DNA of 64,000 bases from a virus, in the IMG/VR virus record IMGVR_UViG_3300003322_000266, positions 10,294 through 74,293 of that record; one strand, written 5' to 3'. The position numbers and the translations under genes were made by a program. The notes below the pieces were generated by a model. That model made no database searches. It worked only from the letters and a program-made list of their open reading frames with translations, and had not been told where the DNA came from. Of the stretch, positions 17,904 to 28,270 are shown in pieces. Position 1 is the stretch's first letter; each line of letters starts with the position of its first letter.

Positions 17904-20195
17904 ATGACCCAGAACACGAGTCCCCTCTTCTACACGAAGGCGGTCGTTCATCCTGCGGGCTACGCGGGCTCCAGCTACACGGCCATGATTCCGTGGGTGC
18001 CGAGCTTCGCGGCCGTGTCGAAGTCTGCGGCGCTCTGCGTCGTCACCGAAGACACGAGCGCCACGTACCCGGCCGGTCTCTACGCTCAGATCCCGAACGC
18101 GGACAACCTGAGCCGCCCGACCTGGAAGCTGGCTATCGGCTTCCCCGACCTGTGCTCCATGGTCGCCGACGGTTCGATCATCGAGCTCTACCTCGCCGTC
18201 ACGGGCGATCAGACATTCGGCGCCGGCTACCGTGTCTTCCGCAACGGCACGCTGACCACGGACTCGAGCCTGCACGCCGACCCGTACTCGGTGTGGGCTG
18301 TCGTTCGTCTGCCGGCCTCAGGCGGCGGCTCCGGCGGCGTCGCTTCGATCAACAACATCCTGCCTGACGGTTCCGGCAACGTCATCCTAGCGTCGACGAA
18401 CCTGACCGACAGCGCATCGCTGCTCAGGGCCAGCAGCCTCGGCGCCGCGTCCGGCATCGCGACCCTCGGGTCCGATGGCAAGCTCACGGCCGGCCAGCTG
18501 CCGACCATCCCGTACCCCGTCACGTCGGTGAACGGCAAGACCGGTGTCGTCAGCCTGGCCTCGACCGACCTGTCCGACACGTCAGGTCTGGTTCGCACCA
18601 CCAGCGTCGGCCAACCCAACGGCCTGGCAACCCTCGACTCGGGTGGCAAGGTTCCGACTTCGCAGCTGCCTGCTGCAGTCCTCGGAGCCATGAACTACCA
18701 GTCGACGTGGAACGCGACGACGAACACGCCGGTTCTCACATCCGGGTCTGGCACCAAGGGTTTCTACTACACCGTCGCCGTCGCCGGCTCGGTCAACCTG
18801 GACGGCATCACCCAATGGAACGTGGGTGATCACGCAGTCTTCAACGGTACGGCCTGGGAGAAGATCGATGGCATCGCCTCGGAGGTGATCTCGGTCGCAG
18901 GCCGCACCGGCGTCATCGTCCTCTCGAGCGCTGACATCAGCGACTTCGCTGCCACGGTGACGACGCCTCTGAGCCAGAAGGTCAACACCAGCATCGTCGG
19001 TCAGGCCAACGGTATCGCGACCCTCGGCTCTGACGGCAAGCTCACGGCTGCGCAGATGCCGGCGACAACCAACCTCGTGACTTCGGTCGCCGGTCGTCAG
19101 GGTGCAGTCGTTCTCTCGAGTGCCGACCTCACGGACTTTGCGTCCGCGGTGACGACGCCTCTGTCGCAACGCGTGCTGACCTCCAGTGTCGGAGCCGCCA
19201 ACGGCGTCGCCAGCCTGGACTCGAGCGGCAAGCTGTTCGCAGCTCAGCTGCCGTCCTCTGGCTTCGTCTCCACGGTCGCCGGTCGCTCGGGTACCGTCAC
19301 GATCGCCAGTACCGATCTGACCGACGTCGCTTCGGCCATCACGACTCCCCTGTCCCTGCGTGTCCTCACCTCGTCGGTGGGCGCTGCCAACGGTGTCGCC
19401 AGCCTGGATTCGGGCGGCAAGGTCCCAACCTCTCAGCTGCCCTCGTCGGTCCTCGGTGCTCTGAACTATCAGGGTACGTGGAACGCGACGACGAACACCC
19501 CGACCCTGACGTCGAGCTCCGGTACCAAGGGCTTCTACTACACGGTGTCGGTCGCGGGCTCCACGGCTCTGGACGGCATCTCGCAGTGGAACGTCGGTGA
19601 CCACGTCGCTTACAACGGCACGGTCTGGGAGAAGATCGACGGCATCGCGTCCGAAGTCATCTCCGTCGCAGGCCGCACCGGTGCCGTCACGCTGACGACT
19701 GCTGACCTGACCGACTACTCGTCGACGATCGGCACGCCTCTGTCGACCGCAACCTCGAACATCACGACCCTGCAAGGTCAAGCCAATCCGATCCCGATCG
19801 GTCTGAGCGCCAACGACACCTGGAAGGGCTTCGGTGCCGTCTCGGGCATCAACGCCGGTGCGACGCTGACGATCTGGCAACCGGTCTACATGGGCTCGGG
19901 CGGCACCTGGCTGGCAGCGGACGCGACCTCGGTCTCGACTGCACCGTGCCGTGGCCTTGCCGTCTCGGCCGGTACCAACGGCAATCCGGTCACCGTCCTC
20001 TACGAAGGCATCGCCCGCCACGACGCATGGACGTGGACTCCGGGTGGTGACATCTACCTCGCGGTCGGTGGCGGCCTGACCCAGACGAAGCCGACGGGCA
20101 CGACTGGCTACGTGGTGCAGGCCATCGGTATCGCGCTGTCGGCGACGAAGATCCTGGTCAACATGGGCTCGTTCGAGTACATCACCCTGAGCTAA
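17904..20195 (+). CDS. Virion fibre protein with internal repeats and C-terminal capsid-cement (beta-tulip/DUF2190-like) domain
   Basis: Shared N-domain, SVNGKTG/SVAGRTG and ASLDSGGKVPTSQLP repeats, duplicated 75-aa module, C-terminal G.AL.A...G..VTV...G...WTPGGDIYL...LTQTKP...VQAIGIA. Confidence 0.7.
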   Translation: MTQNTSPLFYTKAVVHPAGYAGSSYTAMIPWVPSFAAVSKSAALCVVTEDTSATYPAGLYAQIPNADNLSRPTWKLAIGFPDLCSMVADGSIIELYLAVTGDQTFGAGYRVFRNGTLTTDSSLHADPYSVWAVVRLPASGGGSGGVASINNILPDGSGNVILASTNLTDSASLLRASSLGAASGIATLGSDGKLTAGQLPTIPYPVTSVNGKTGVVSLASTDLSDTSGLVRTTSVGQPNGLATLDSGGKVPTSQLPAAVLGAMNYQSTWNATTNTPVLTSGSGTKGFYYTVAVAGSVNLDGITQWNVGDHAVFNGTAWEKIDGIASEVISVAGRTGVIVLSSADISDFAATVTTPLSQKVNTSIVGQANGIATLGSDGKLTAAQMPATTNLVTSVAGRQGAVVLSSADLTDFASAVTTPLSQRVLTSSVGAANGVASLDSSGKLFAAQLPSSGFVSTVAGRSGTVTIASTDLTDVASAITTPLSLRVLTSSVGAANGVASLDSGGKVPTSQLPSSVLGALNYQGTWNATTNTPTLTSSSGTKGFYYTVSVAGSTALDGISQWNVGDHVAYNGTVWEKIDGIASEVISVAGRTGAVTLTTADLTDYSSTIGTPLSTATSNITTLQGQANPIPIGLSANDTWKGFGAVSGINAGATLTIWQPVYMGSGGTWLAADATSVSTAPCRGLAVSAGTNGNPVTVLYEGIARHDAWTWTPGGDIYLAVGGGLTQTKPTGTTGYVVQAIGIALSATKILVNMGSFEYITLS
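18690..19680 (+). repeat. Duplicated module (about 75 aa) NYQ.TWNATTNTP...EKIDGIASEVISVAGRTG
   Basis: Copies at about 18690-18910 and 19460-19680, near-identical in protein with synonymous DNA differences. Confidence 0.9.
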
Positions 20196-20208
20196 TAGGA
20201 GCTGCCCA

Positions 20209-22077
20209 ATGGCTGTCAAGAACGCAGTATCAAGGGCTTGGCAAAAGACGGGTGGTGGAGCACCTCTTCCCAGCTTCAACGGGAAGATCTACTCCGGCTA
20301 CCTGAATGGCGACAAGCCTTCTGGCTTTCAGACCGCACCGAAGATCGTCGGTACGGACCTTAAGGCCATCACCCTCGTCAACAACTACAACGGTCAGGGT
20401 TCGTGGTTCAAGATTTTCGGCTACGGTCTGGGTTCGAGCTCTCTGTTCGGGTCCTCGACTGGCGCCAAGGTCTACCTCCGGGACCCGGCCGGCGACAACG
20501 CGTGGCACGAGGTCTCGACCTACGTGGCATTCGAAACCAGCCGCACCTTCGCACGCAATCAGCTCCTGCGACTGACCGTGCAGGTCGGCAACCTCGGAGG
20601 TTCGCAGGTCGATGGTCGCGCGCTTGACCTCAAGATCACTGTCAACGGTGTGGACACGAACGTCCTCACCGCGGCTCTGATCAACCAGGGTGCGCGCGAC
20701 TTCTACTACGCGTCGCCAGCCGGCAACGACACGACGGGTGTCAAGAACGACATCACGAAGCCCTTCCGCTACGTCCAGTACTTCAACTCGACAAACAACA
20801 CCTACACCGGCATCTGGGCTGCGTGGAAGCGTGGTGACACCATCGTCATTCGGGGCAACGGCGGAACCTGGAGCGACCAGATCGCAGACACCCGATGGGT
20901 TCGATTCCCGTGGGGCCCTGCGGCAGGTTCGTACACCGGCACAGCACCGACAGGCGCTGTCAACACGGGCTACTACACCTTCTACGGCATGCCCGGCGAA
21001 GACGTGTACGGCTCGTTCGCTACTGGTGGTGGCATCCAAGGCTGTTCAAGCGCCCAAGCGCAATCTGGCTACGGCCAGTACGTGCAGATCACGGGCATGC
21101 GCATCGACATTCAAGGCGGTGCGGCTCGTGACGCCGGTCCGGTCAACCTCCAGAACGGCGCCGACCACTGGATCGTTACCGACATGGAATGCGGTCCGTG
21201 GATCGCAGGCTCGAGCTCGGTCCTGAACAGCAGCGGCATCGGCGGTCAAGGCACGAACTGCTACGTCGCCTTCAACTACGTGCACGGGATTCAGGGTCTG
21301 TCCGACCTTCAGAATCACGGCATGTACTTCGGTGGTGTCGCAGGTGGCACAGGATACAACGCCGCAACGCAGAACACTGAAGTCTGCTACAACTGGGTGC
21401 AGAACTGCACGGGTGGGTCAGGCATCCAGTTCTACTGGCAGGGCGGCAACAGCGTCTACATGACCGGCAACAAGGTCCACCACAACTTTGTGGAGACCAC
21501 GGCCAAGTACGCGATCAACATCGGCGAGTCCTGCGTCTCGATGGATTGCTACGACAACATCTGCGTCTACGCAGGATGGTCGGCGATCCGTCTCGCACCG
21601 CTGTCGGCTTCCGGCACTCTGGCCATCAACATCGAGCACAACACGCTTTATGCTTGGAACCAGAGCCACGGCGCGACGACTGCGATCGCAGCGATCTTGA
21701 ACGAGGGCTTCCTGAACACGGGGGCGACCAAGGTCAACCACAACATCATCGCAGCTCCGACCCGCAGCGGCACCTACTCGATCGACTGGTATTCGAACAA
21801 CGGCGCGTCCGACTCGAACCTGACGGCGAGCCAGAACCTGTACTGGGACCCGGACGGTGTGAAGACCGTGGCGTGGTCGATCGACGCGGCCGGCATCTTC
21901 GCCGATCCGAAGTTCAGCGACAAGGCGAACCTGCTGTTCACGCTGCTGGCTGGTAGCCCTGCGCTGGATGCGGTCACGACGGCTGCGTCTCTGACGGTCA
22001 GCGACGACTACTACGGCATCAATCGTCCGTCGGGCACCCGCAACGACATCGGCGCATGTGAAGGAGTCGGCACATGA
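20209..22077 (+). CDS. IPT/TIG + right-handed parallel beta-helix protein (depolymerase/tailspike-like)
   Basis: Asn-ladder repeats (NHGMY, NTEVCYNWVQN, NKVHHNFVE, YDNICV, EHNTLY); C-terminus ADPKF...LLAGSPALD...DIGACE. Confidence 0.75.
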   Translation: MAVKNAVSRAWQKTGGGAPLPSFNGKIYSGYLNGDKPSGFQTAPKIVGTDLKAITLVNNYNGQGSWFKIFGYGLGSSSLFGSSTGAKVYLRDPAGDNAWHEVSTYVAFETSRTFARNQLLRLTVQVGNLGGSQVDGRALDLKITVNGVDTNVLTAALINQGARDFYYASPAGNDTTGVKNDITKPFRYVQYFNSTNNTYTGIWAAWKRGDTIVIRGNGGTWSDQIADTRWVRFPWGPAAGSYTGTAPTGAVNTGYYTFYGMPGEDVYGSFATGGGIQGCSSAQAQSGYGQYVQITGMRIDIQGGAARDAGPVNLQNGADHWIVTDMECGPWIAGSSSVLNSSGIGGQGTNCYVAFNYVHGIQGLSDLQNHGMYFGGVAGGTGYNAATQNTEVCYNWVQNCTGGSGIQFYWQGGNSVYMTGNKVHHNFVETTAKYAINIGESCVSMDCYDNICVYAGWSAIRLAPLSASGTLAINIEHNTLYAWNQSHGATTAIAAILNEGFLNTGATKVNHNIIAAPTRSGTYSIDWYSNNGASDSNLTASQNLYWDPDGVKTVAWSIDAAGIFADPKFSDKANLLFTLLAGSPALDAVTTAASLTVSDDYYGINRPSGTRNDIGACEGVGT

Positions 22078-23651
22078 CTATCAGCTTCGTAGGCTCAGCG
22101 GTCCAGAACTCCGGTTCTGGAACCAGCGGCACGGCTACCCTGAACGTCAGTACGCCGGGCAACGGCATCGCCGTCATGGTGAATGCCAACGTCGCGATCT
22201 CGTCCATCACCGAGTCTGGTGGTGTGACGCGGATCGTGGTCAAGGGCCAGACCTGTACGGATGCGCCGACCTTCAGCGGCAACCTCTACTTCTTCCCGAA
22301 CGTGACGGGTGGCAGCCACACGATCACCGCGAACTTCGGTTCGAGCGCGAACTGGTGTATCGTGGTGCAGGAAGTGGCGGGCATGTTCACGCCCACGGTC
22401 GACAAGACTGCGGGTAACGGCGCCTATACGGCGACGACGAACACGGGCTCGACCGGCACCCTGACTCAGGCTGTCGAACTGGCCCTAGCCGTCGTCCAGA
22501 ACTGCAACTCCAACTTCACGTCGACTGCGAACCCGGCAGGTTGGACCATCCTGTCCTCGTCCTCGTTCGCAGGTCCGTCCGGCTTCTCGTTCGCCGGTCT
22601 GGTCACCAGTGCCACGACGGCCCTGAATCCGACCTGGACGACGACGGGTGGCAACTACGAGTCTGCGAACGCGATCGGTACGCTGATCCCGGGCACGGCT
22701 CCGCCTGCTGCCACCTTGACGTCTCCGTCTCCGTCGGGAACCATCTCGACTGCGACGACTGCGAACGTGGGTGCGACGACGGACACGTCGGGCGGCACCG
22801 GATATTGCGTGGTCACGACTTCGAGCCTGAGTGGCGTCACGGCTGCTCAGATCAAGGCGGGTCAGAACGCGGCGGGTTCGACTTCGGGCGTCCAGTCGGC
22901 TACGACCTCGGTGTCGGCGACCGGCAGCTTCACGTGTGCGATCACGGGCCTCACGGCTTCCACGACCTACAACTACGCAGTGGTCGAAACCACGGCCGGT
23001 GGCGATTCCAACATCGTGAGCGGCACGTTCACGACTGCACCGCCTCCGCCTTCGGTGACGAGTCTGTCGACCACGACGCCGCAAGCCGGTCAGAGCCTGA
23101 CGATCACGGGTACGGCCTTCAACGCCACGCAGTCGGGTGGCTCTGTTGCCATCGGCGGCGTCAACCAGACGGTGACGGCCTGGTCGAACACCAGCATCAC
23201 GATCACCGTCGTTCAGGGTACGTTGCTCTACGGTGCGACGACCCTGACGGTGACGAACGGTGTGACCGGAAGCCAGTCGACTGGCACTGCTTGCACGATG
23301 TCGCCGGCCACCGGCTGGTCCTACATCGTGGTCGGCACTCCCGATCCGGTGACGACGGAACGCGTGACTGCTACTCCGGTCGACATCGCAACTGGTGACC
23401 AGATCGCGTGGGGCAACATCCAGGGCTCAGGTACGTTGACCATCAACACCGATGGTTCGTGGATCGCAGACCCGGGTGTCACCAGCTTCGACTACATGGT
23501 GGGCACGCCCGGCTCGGGCTTCGGCTCGGTCGCAACCAACACCCTGGGCGCTGGTGCGTCGGTGAAGAATGGTGTGATTCACACCTACAACATCAAGGCC
23601 AGTTCGGACACGAAGTTCTACTCGCAATACCCGGCGGGTAACCATCCATAA
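22074..23651 (+). CDS. Ser/Thr-rich virion appendage protein (1 FnIII-like repeat + IPT/TIG)
   Basis: AQIKAGQN repeat unit, TIG motif GQSLTITGTAF...VAIGGVNQTVTAWSNTSITI; shares its C-domain with 23661..28208. Confidence 0.7.
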   Translation: MTISFVGSAVQNSGSGTSGTATLNVSTPGNGIAVMVNANVAISSITESGGVTRIVVKGQTCTDAPTFSGNLYFFPNVTGGSHTITANFGSSANWCIVVQEVAGMFTPTVDKTAGNGAYTATTNTGSTGTLTQAVELALAVVQNCNSNFTSTANPAGWTILSSSSFAGPSGFSFAGLVTSATTALNPTWTTTGGNYESANAIGTLIPGTAPPAATLTSPSPSGTISTATTANVGATTDTSGGTGYCVVTTSSLSGVTAAQIKAGQNAAGSTSGVQSATTSVSATGSFTCAITGLTASTTYNYAVVETTAGGDSNIVSGTFTTAPPPPSVTSLSTTTPQAGQSLTITGTAFNATQSGGSVAIGGVNQTVTAWSNTSITITVVQGTLLYGATTLTVTNGVTGSQSTGTACTMSPATGWSYIVVGTPDPVTTERVTATPVDIATGDQIAWGNIQGSGTLTINTDGSWIADPGVTSFDYMVGTPGSGFGSVATNTLGAGASVKNGVIHTYNIKASSDTKFYSQYPAGNHP

Positions 23652-23660
23652 GGAGATCAC

Positions 23661-26600
23661 ATGTCTCTGACTATGACGCTCTTGACCCCGTTGACGCGGA
23701 CGGGGAATACGAGCTCCTCGGCTGCCTGGACGACGGGTAACACGACGGTGCCGGCCAACAGCACCGTCGTCTACATTGTGTCGGGTTGTGCGTTCAGCTC
23801 GGCGGGTGTGAATCCTGCAAACTTCGCACTCTCGACTTCGGCTGCAGGTGTTCCAACCCTGATCGGCAACAGCGGCCTCAGCTCCAACTGGGGCTACGGT
23901 CACAAGGTCTGGTACGTCACGAACTCCACGGGTTCTGATATCACGACGACCCTGACCGTGAGTGTCAGTACCAACGACGTCATGTCGGAATGGTCGATCG
24001 TGCCGATCGAGTTCCAGGGCATTGCGTCTGGTACGCTGTTCACTGGCTTCACGACTGGCATCGCTGCTGGTAACGTCGCCCAGACCCTGACGCTGGCTGC
24101 GGCTCCTGTGGCTGGCGACTACACGATCGGTGCCCTGATGGGTATCGTCAACGATGGTCTGACCTACAGCGCGACTGTCGGTACTGGCTACACGCTAGCC
24201 TCAACGACCAGTGACACGGTGGGCGAATCCTACACGGCGATTCAGTATCGCACGGGTTCGACCTCGACGGCTGCTGGTTGGGCCAACACGGGTCATTCCG
24301 GTGGTACGAACGCGGTGGAAGTCCAGTCGATCGCCTTCAACGTCAAGGCTGCGACTGGTGGCTCTGCGCCGACTCTGTCGAGCCCGACGTCGAGCAACAT
24401 CCAGACGACGACCGCGACTGTCGGAGCTACCACGGACACCGGGTCGGGTACCATGTACGCTGTGGTGTACACGGGTACGACCCCGACCGTGGCTCAGATC
24501 AAGGCCGGTCAGAACTCGTCGGGCACTTCGACCCCGAATGCCAACGTCGCAGTCTCTTCGACCGGCGCCAAGACGCTGAACATCACGGGTCTGAGCGCCA
24601 ACACGGCCTACAACTACGCTCTGGTGCACAACAGCACAGGTGGCGATTCCAACATCGTCACCGGCACGTTGACGACCCTGGCTGTCCCGACCCTGAGTGC
24701 TGCCACGACGGCCTCGATCACGACCACGGGCGCGACCCTGGGTGCCACGACTACAGTCGGAGCCGGTACCCTGTACGTCGTCGCCTACACGGGATCGGTT
24801 CCAACCGCGGCTCAGATCAAGGCCGGCACGGACTCGACCAACGCAGCGGCACCGAACGGTAGCGTCGCCGTTTCCTCGACGGGTGCGAAGACGATCGCAG
24901 TCACGGGCATGAAGTCCGGGACCGCCTACAACTTCGCTCTGGTGCAGAACGATGGTTCGGACTCGAACGTCCTGACCTCGACGGTGACGACCACAGCCGT
25001 GACTCTGACGTCGCCCACCAGCGCGTCGATCACGGCGACCTCCGCGTCTGTGGGTGCGACTACGGATACGGCTGCAGGCACCATGTACGTGGTGGTCTAC
25101 ACTGGTTCGGCTCCGACTGCGACCCAAATCAAAGCGGGTCAGAACTCGAGTGGCGCTGCGACTCCGAGTGCGAACGTCGCAGTCTCGTCCACGGGCGCCA
25201 AGTCCCTGTCGGTCACTGGCCTCACGGCTTCGACGGCCTACAACTACAGCGTCATCGTCAACAACGGCGGCGATTCCAACATCGTCACCGGCACGTTCAC
25301 GACCAGCGCGCCATCGGCTGCGACTCTGACGAGCCCGACGAGCTCGAACGTTGCGGGTACGACGGCCACGGTGGGTGCGACCACGGACACCGGATCGGGT
25401 ACTCTGTACGCTGTCGCTTACACGGGTACTCAGCCGACTGCGACCCAGATCAAGGCCGGTCAGAACAGCAGCGGAGCAGCGACTCCGAATGCGAGCGTCA
25501 CCGTCACCTCAACGGGTGCGAAGACGATCAACCTGACTGGTCTGACGAACAGCACGGCCTACAACTACGCCCTGGTGCAGAACAACGGTACGGACTCGAA
25601 CGTCGTGACGGGAACGTTTACGACGTTGACGCCGGCCACGTTGTCGGCACCAACCAGTGCGTCAGTGACGGGCACGACTGCGACTCTGGGTGCGACTTCG
25701 AACCAGACCGGTACTCTGTACATCGTGGCTTCGACCACGAACACGCAGCCGACTGCGGCCCAGATCAAGGCCGGTCAGAACGCAGCAGGCACCACGGTTC
25801 CAAGCGTCAGCGGCGCGGCTACGGCCTCGGCGAATACGTTGGGCATCACCGGCCTGTCGCTCGCTACCACGTACTACTTCTTCGCGATCCTCAACAACTC
25901 GGCGGGTGACTCCAACATCGTGACCGGCTCGTTCACCACGAGTTCGATTGCGACGCCGACTGTGACCCTGAGGCAGAAGTGGTATCAGCCTGCGGGTCAG
26001 GGCAACCCTGCGACTCTGGTGTCGGGTTCCAATCCGATGTCGATCACTGCAGGGTCGATGCTGGTCTGCTTGTACACCGGCGCCGACAACGGCACGATCG
26101 CACCTCCGACTGATAGCGCGGGCTCGTTCACGATCCCAACCAATGCTCGTCAGGACGCGGCTGGCTCGGATCACATCTGGGCCGCCATCTGCCATCAGCA
26201 GAACGCAGCGGGTGGCAATCACACGATCACTCCGGCCACGATCGCTGTGGGTGGTGGAGGTGAACTCGAGTGCTGGATCTACGAAGTGACGGGCATGCCG
26301 GCAACGGCAAACGTCCGTGATGTCGGCTTCGTCAACGTCATCGGTACTGCGCAGTCGTGGACGGTTCAGTCGGGTACGACGCCGCAAGTGGGCGACATCT
26401 CGTTCGTCATCACGGTCTACGAGAACACAGCCAACTTCGCGAACGCCGGCCTGCAGAATCCGCCCACGGGTTGGACGGCACTTGATGTCAACCAGGACGC
26501 GACGAACTTCATCCCGACGCAGCTCAGCTACAAGATCGTCTCGTCTGCAGGTACGCAGAGCGCTTCGTACTCGACGACGGACCCGACGGTCAGCGAGCAT

Positions 26601-28208
26601 CTGGGTGTCATGGTCACCTACGTGCCTTCGACGGTGGGTGGCGGTGCTCCGACTCTGAGTTCGCCGACGAGCACGAACGTGTTGACGACGACTGCGACGA
26701 TCGGTGCCACGACGGACACGTCGGCCGGTACGATCTACGGCGTGGTCTACACGGGCACGACTCCAACCGCGACTCAGATCAAGGCGGGTCAGAACAGCAG
26801 CGGAACGACGACACCCAACGCGAACGCAACGGTGTCGTCCTCGGGTGCGAAGACACTGAACATCACGGGTCTGACGGCGGGCACGGCCTACAACTATGCC
26901 CTGGTCCACAACAACGGTTCCGATTCCAACATTGTGACCGGGACCCTGACGACTCCGGCAGTGGCTACCCTCACGAGTCCGACTTCGAGCTCTGTTGCGT
27001 CCACGACTGCGACGGTCGGCGCCACGACCTCGGTCGGCGCTGGTACTCTGTACGCGGTTGCGTACACGGGCACCCAGCCATCGGCTGCACAGATCAAGGC
27101 TGGTCAGAACTCGAGTGGAGCGGCAACGCCTGCAGCCAACGTTGCGGTCTCTTCGACAGGTGCGAAGACACTGAACCTGACGGGCCTCACGGCCTCGACG
27201 GCCTACAACTACGCACTGGTTCAGAACGACGGCACCGACTCGAACGTGGTGACAGGAACGTTCACGACTACCGCGCCTGTCGCAACCCTGAGCTCTCCAA
27301 CGAGTTCGTCGGTTGCAGACACGACTGCGACAGTCGGAGCCACGACTGACACGGCAGCTGGTACTCTCTATGCTGTTGCCTACACGGGAACGACGCCGAC
27401 CGCGACTCAGATCAAGGCCGGTCAGAACTCGAGTGGTGCAGCAACGCCGAACGTCAGCGGTGCAGTCTCCAGTGCCGGGGTGAAGACCCTGAACATGACG
27501 GGGCTGACGCAGCTGACGGCGTACAACTATGCCCTGGTCCAGAACACGACGGGTGGCGATTCCAACATCGTCACCGGCACGTTGACGACCTCGGCAACGG
27601 CGTGTGTGATCAGTTCGACGTCGAGTGCGAGTCCTGCTGTCGGTTCGACTCTGACCATCAACGGTTCGGGATTCGGCGCCACCCAAGGCACGGGTTCCGT
27701 CACCATCGGTGGTCAGCCGCAGACGGTCACGAGCTGGGGTCCGACCGCGATCCAGGTCACGGTCTCGGCTGGCACGAACTTGTACGGTGTGGCAGTCAGC
27801 GTCGTTGTCACCAACGGCGTCGGCACTGTCTCGTCCGGGTACGCGCTGACGGGCTTCGCTCCGCAGTCGGGTTGGTCCTACGTCAACCTCGCAACGCCGT
27901 ATGCGACGGCAGCCAATCGCCTCACGGCCTCGGCTGACATCGCGAGCGGCGACCAGATCGCATGGGACACCAAGGGCTCAACGGTCGTCGTTTTCTCGGA
28001 CGGCACGTTCAGTTCCACGGTGGCGCAGACGTTCAACTTTGCGGTTGGCGTCTCTGGCGCAGGCTATGGATCGCAAGCACTTCAGACCATCACGGCAATC
28101 ACGACCGGCGTCATCGGGAACTTCCACGGAGTTCCTGCGGCCTCGATCACGACACTGCACGGAGTTCTGAGGACCAGCATCGCGACGAAGCACGGAGTGC
28201 CTCTGTAA
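23661..28208 (+). CDS. Giant Ser/Thr-rich adhesin-like virion protein (8 FnIII-like repeats + IPT/TIG)
   Basis: 1515 aa; eight repeats of about 100 aa, each with PT..QIKAGQN and Y..A..N...DSNIVTG; TIG domain; HGV x3 at the C-terminus. Confidence 0.8.
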   Translation: MSLTMTLLTPLTRTGNTSSSAAWTTGNTTVPANSTVVYIVSGCAFSSAGVNPANFALSTSAAGVPTLIGNSGLSSNWGYGHKVWYVTNSTGSDITTTLTVSVSTNDVMSEWSIVPIEFQGIASGTLFTGFTTGIAAGNVAQTLTLAAAPVAGDYTIGALMGIVNDGLTYSATVGTGYTLASTTSDTVGESYTAIQYRTGSTSTAAGWANTGHSGGTNAVEVQSIAFNVKAATGGSAPTLSSPTSSNIQTTTATVGATTDTGSGTMYAVVYTGTTPTVAQIKAGQNSSGTSTPNANVAVSSTGAKTLNITGLSANTAYNYALVHNSTGGDSNIVTGTLTTLAVPTLSAATTASITTTGATLGATTTVGAGTLYVVAYTGSVPTAAQIKAGTDSTNAAAPNGSVAVSSTGAKTIAVTGMKSGTAYNFALVQNDGSDSNVLTSTVTTTAVTLTSPTSASITATSASVGATTDTAAGTMYVVVYTGSAPTATQIKAGQNSSGAATPSANVAVSSTGAKSLSVTGLTASTAYNYSVIVNNGGDSNIVTGTFTTSAPSAATLTSPTSSNVAGTTATVGATTDTGSGTLYAVAYTGTQPTATQIKAGQNSSGAATPNASVTVTSTGAKTINLTGLTNSTAYNYALVQNNGTDSNVVTGTFTTLTPATLSAPTSASVTGTTATLGATSNQTGTLYIVASTTNTQPTAAQIKAGQNAAGTTVPSVSGAATASANTLGITGLSLATTYYFFAILNNSAGDSNIVTGSFTTSSIATPTVTLRQKWYQPAGQGNPATLVSGSNPMSITAGSMLVCLYTGADNGTIAPPTDSAGSFTIPTNARQDAAGSDHIWAAICHQQNAAGGNHTITPATIAVGGGGELECWIYEVTGMPATANVRDVGFVNVIGTAQSWTVQSGTTPQVGDISFVITVYENTANFANAGLQNPPTGWTALDVNQDATNFIPTQLSYKIVSSAGTQSASYSTTDPTVSEHLGVMVTYVPSTVGGGAPTLSSPTSTNVLTTTATIGATTDTSAGTIYGVVYTGTTPTATQIKAGQNSSGTTTPNANATVSSSGAKTLNITGLTAGTAYNYALVHNNGSDSNIVTGTLTTPAVATLTSPTSSSVASTTATVGATTSVGAGTLYAVAYTGTQPSAAQIKAGQNSSGAATPAANVAVSSTGAKTLNLTGLTASTAYNYALVQNDGTDSNVVTGTFTTTAPVATLSSPTSSSVADTTATVGATTDTAAGTLYAVAYTGTTPTATQIKAGQNSSGAATPNVSGAVSSAGVKTLNMTGLTQLTAYNYALVQNTTGGDSNIVTGTLTTSATACVISSTSSASPAVGSTLTINGSGFGATQGTGSVTIGGQPQTVTSWGPTAIQVTVSAGTNLYGVAVSVVVTNGVGTVSSGYALTGFAPQSGWSYVNLATPYATAANRLTASADIASGDQIAWDTKGSTVVVFSDGTFSSTVAQTFNFAVGVSGAGYGSQALQTITAITTGVIGNFHGVPAASITTLHGVLRTSIATKHGVPL
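24366..27595 (+). repeat. Tandem intragenic repeats of about 300 bp (5 + 3 copies, interrupted at about 25946-26640)
   Basis: Recurring DNA such as cagatcaaggccggtcagaac and gattccaacatcgtcaccggcacgtt. Confidence 0.9.
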
Positions 28209-28218
28209 GCAGTAGAGC

Positions 28219-28251
28219 AAAGGGCTGACACTAATTTGATGTCAGCCCTTT
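28219..28251 (+). terminator. Rho-independent terminator (symmetric)
   Basis: AAAGGGCTGACA-loop-TGTCAGCCCTTT right after the 1515-aa gene. Confidence 0.8.
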
Positions 28252-28270
28252 CCATTTTCGAGGACAAGAA

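Noticed and set aside
18690-27595. Fibre repeats as a diversity-generating retroelement or an invertible shufflon
   Set aside because: There is no reverse transcriptase or invertase in the window; differences between repeats are mainly synonymous, not adenine-specific, and no inverted crossover sites were seen.
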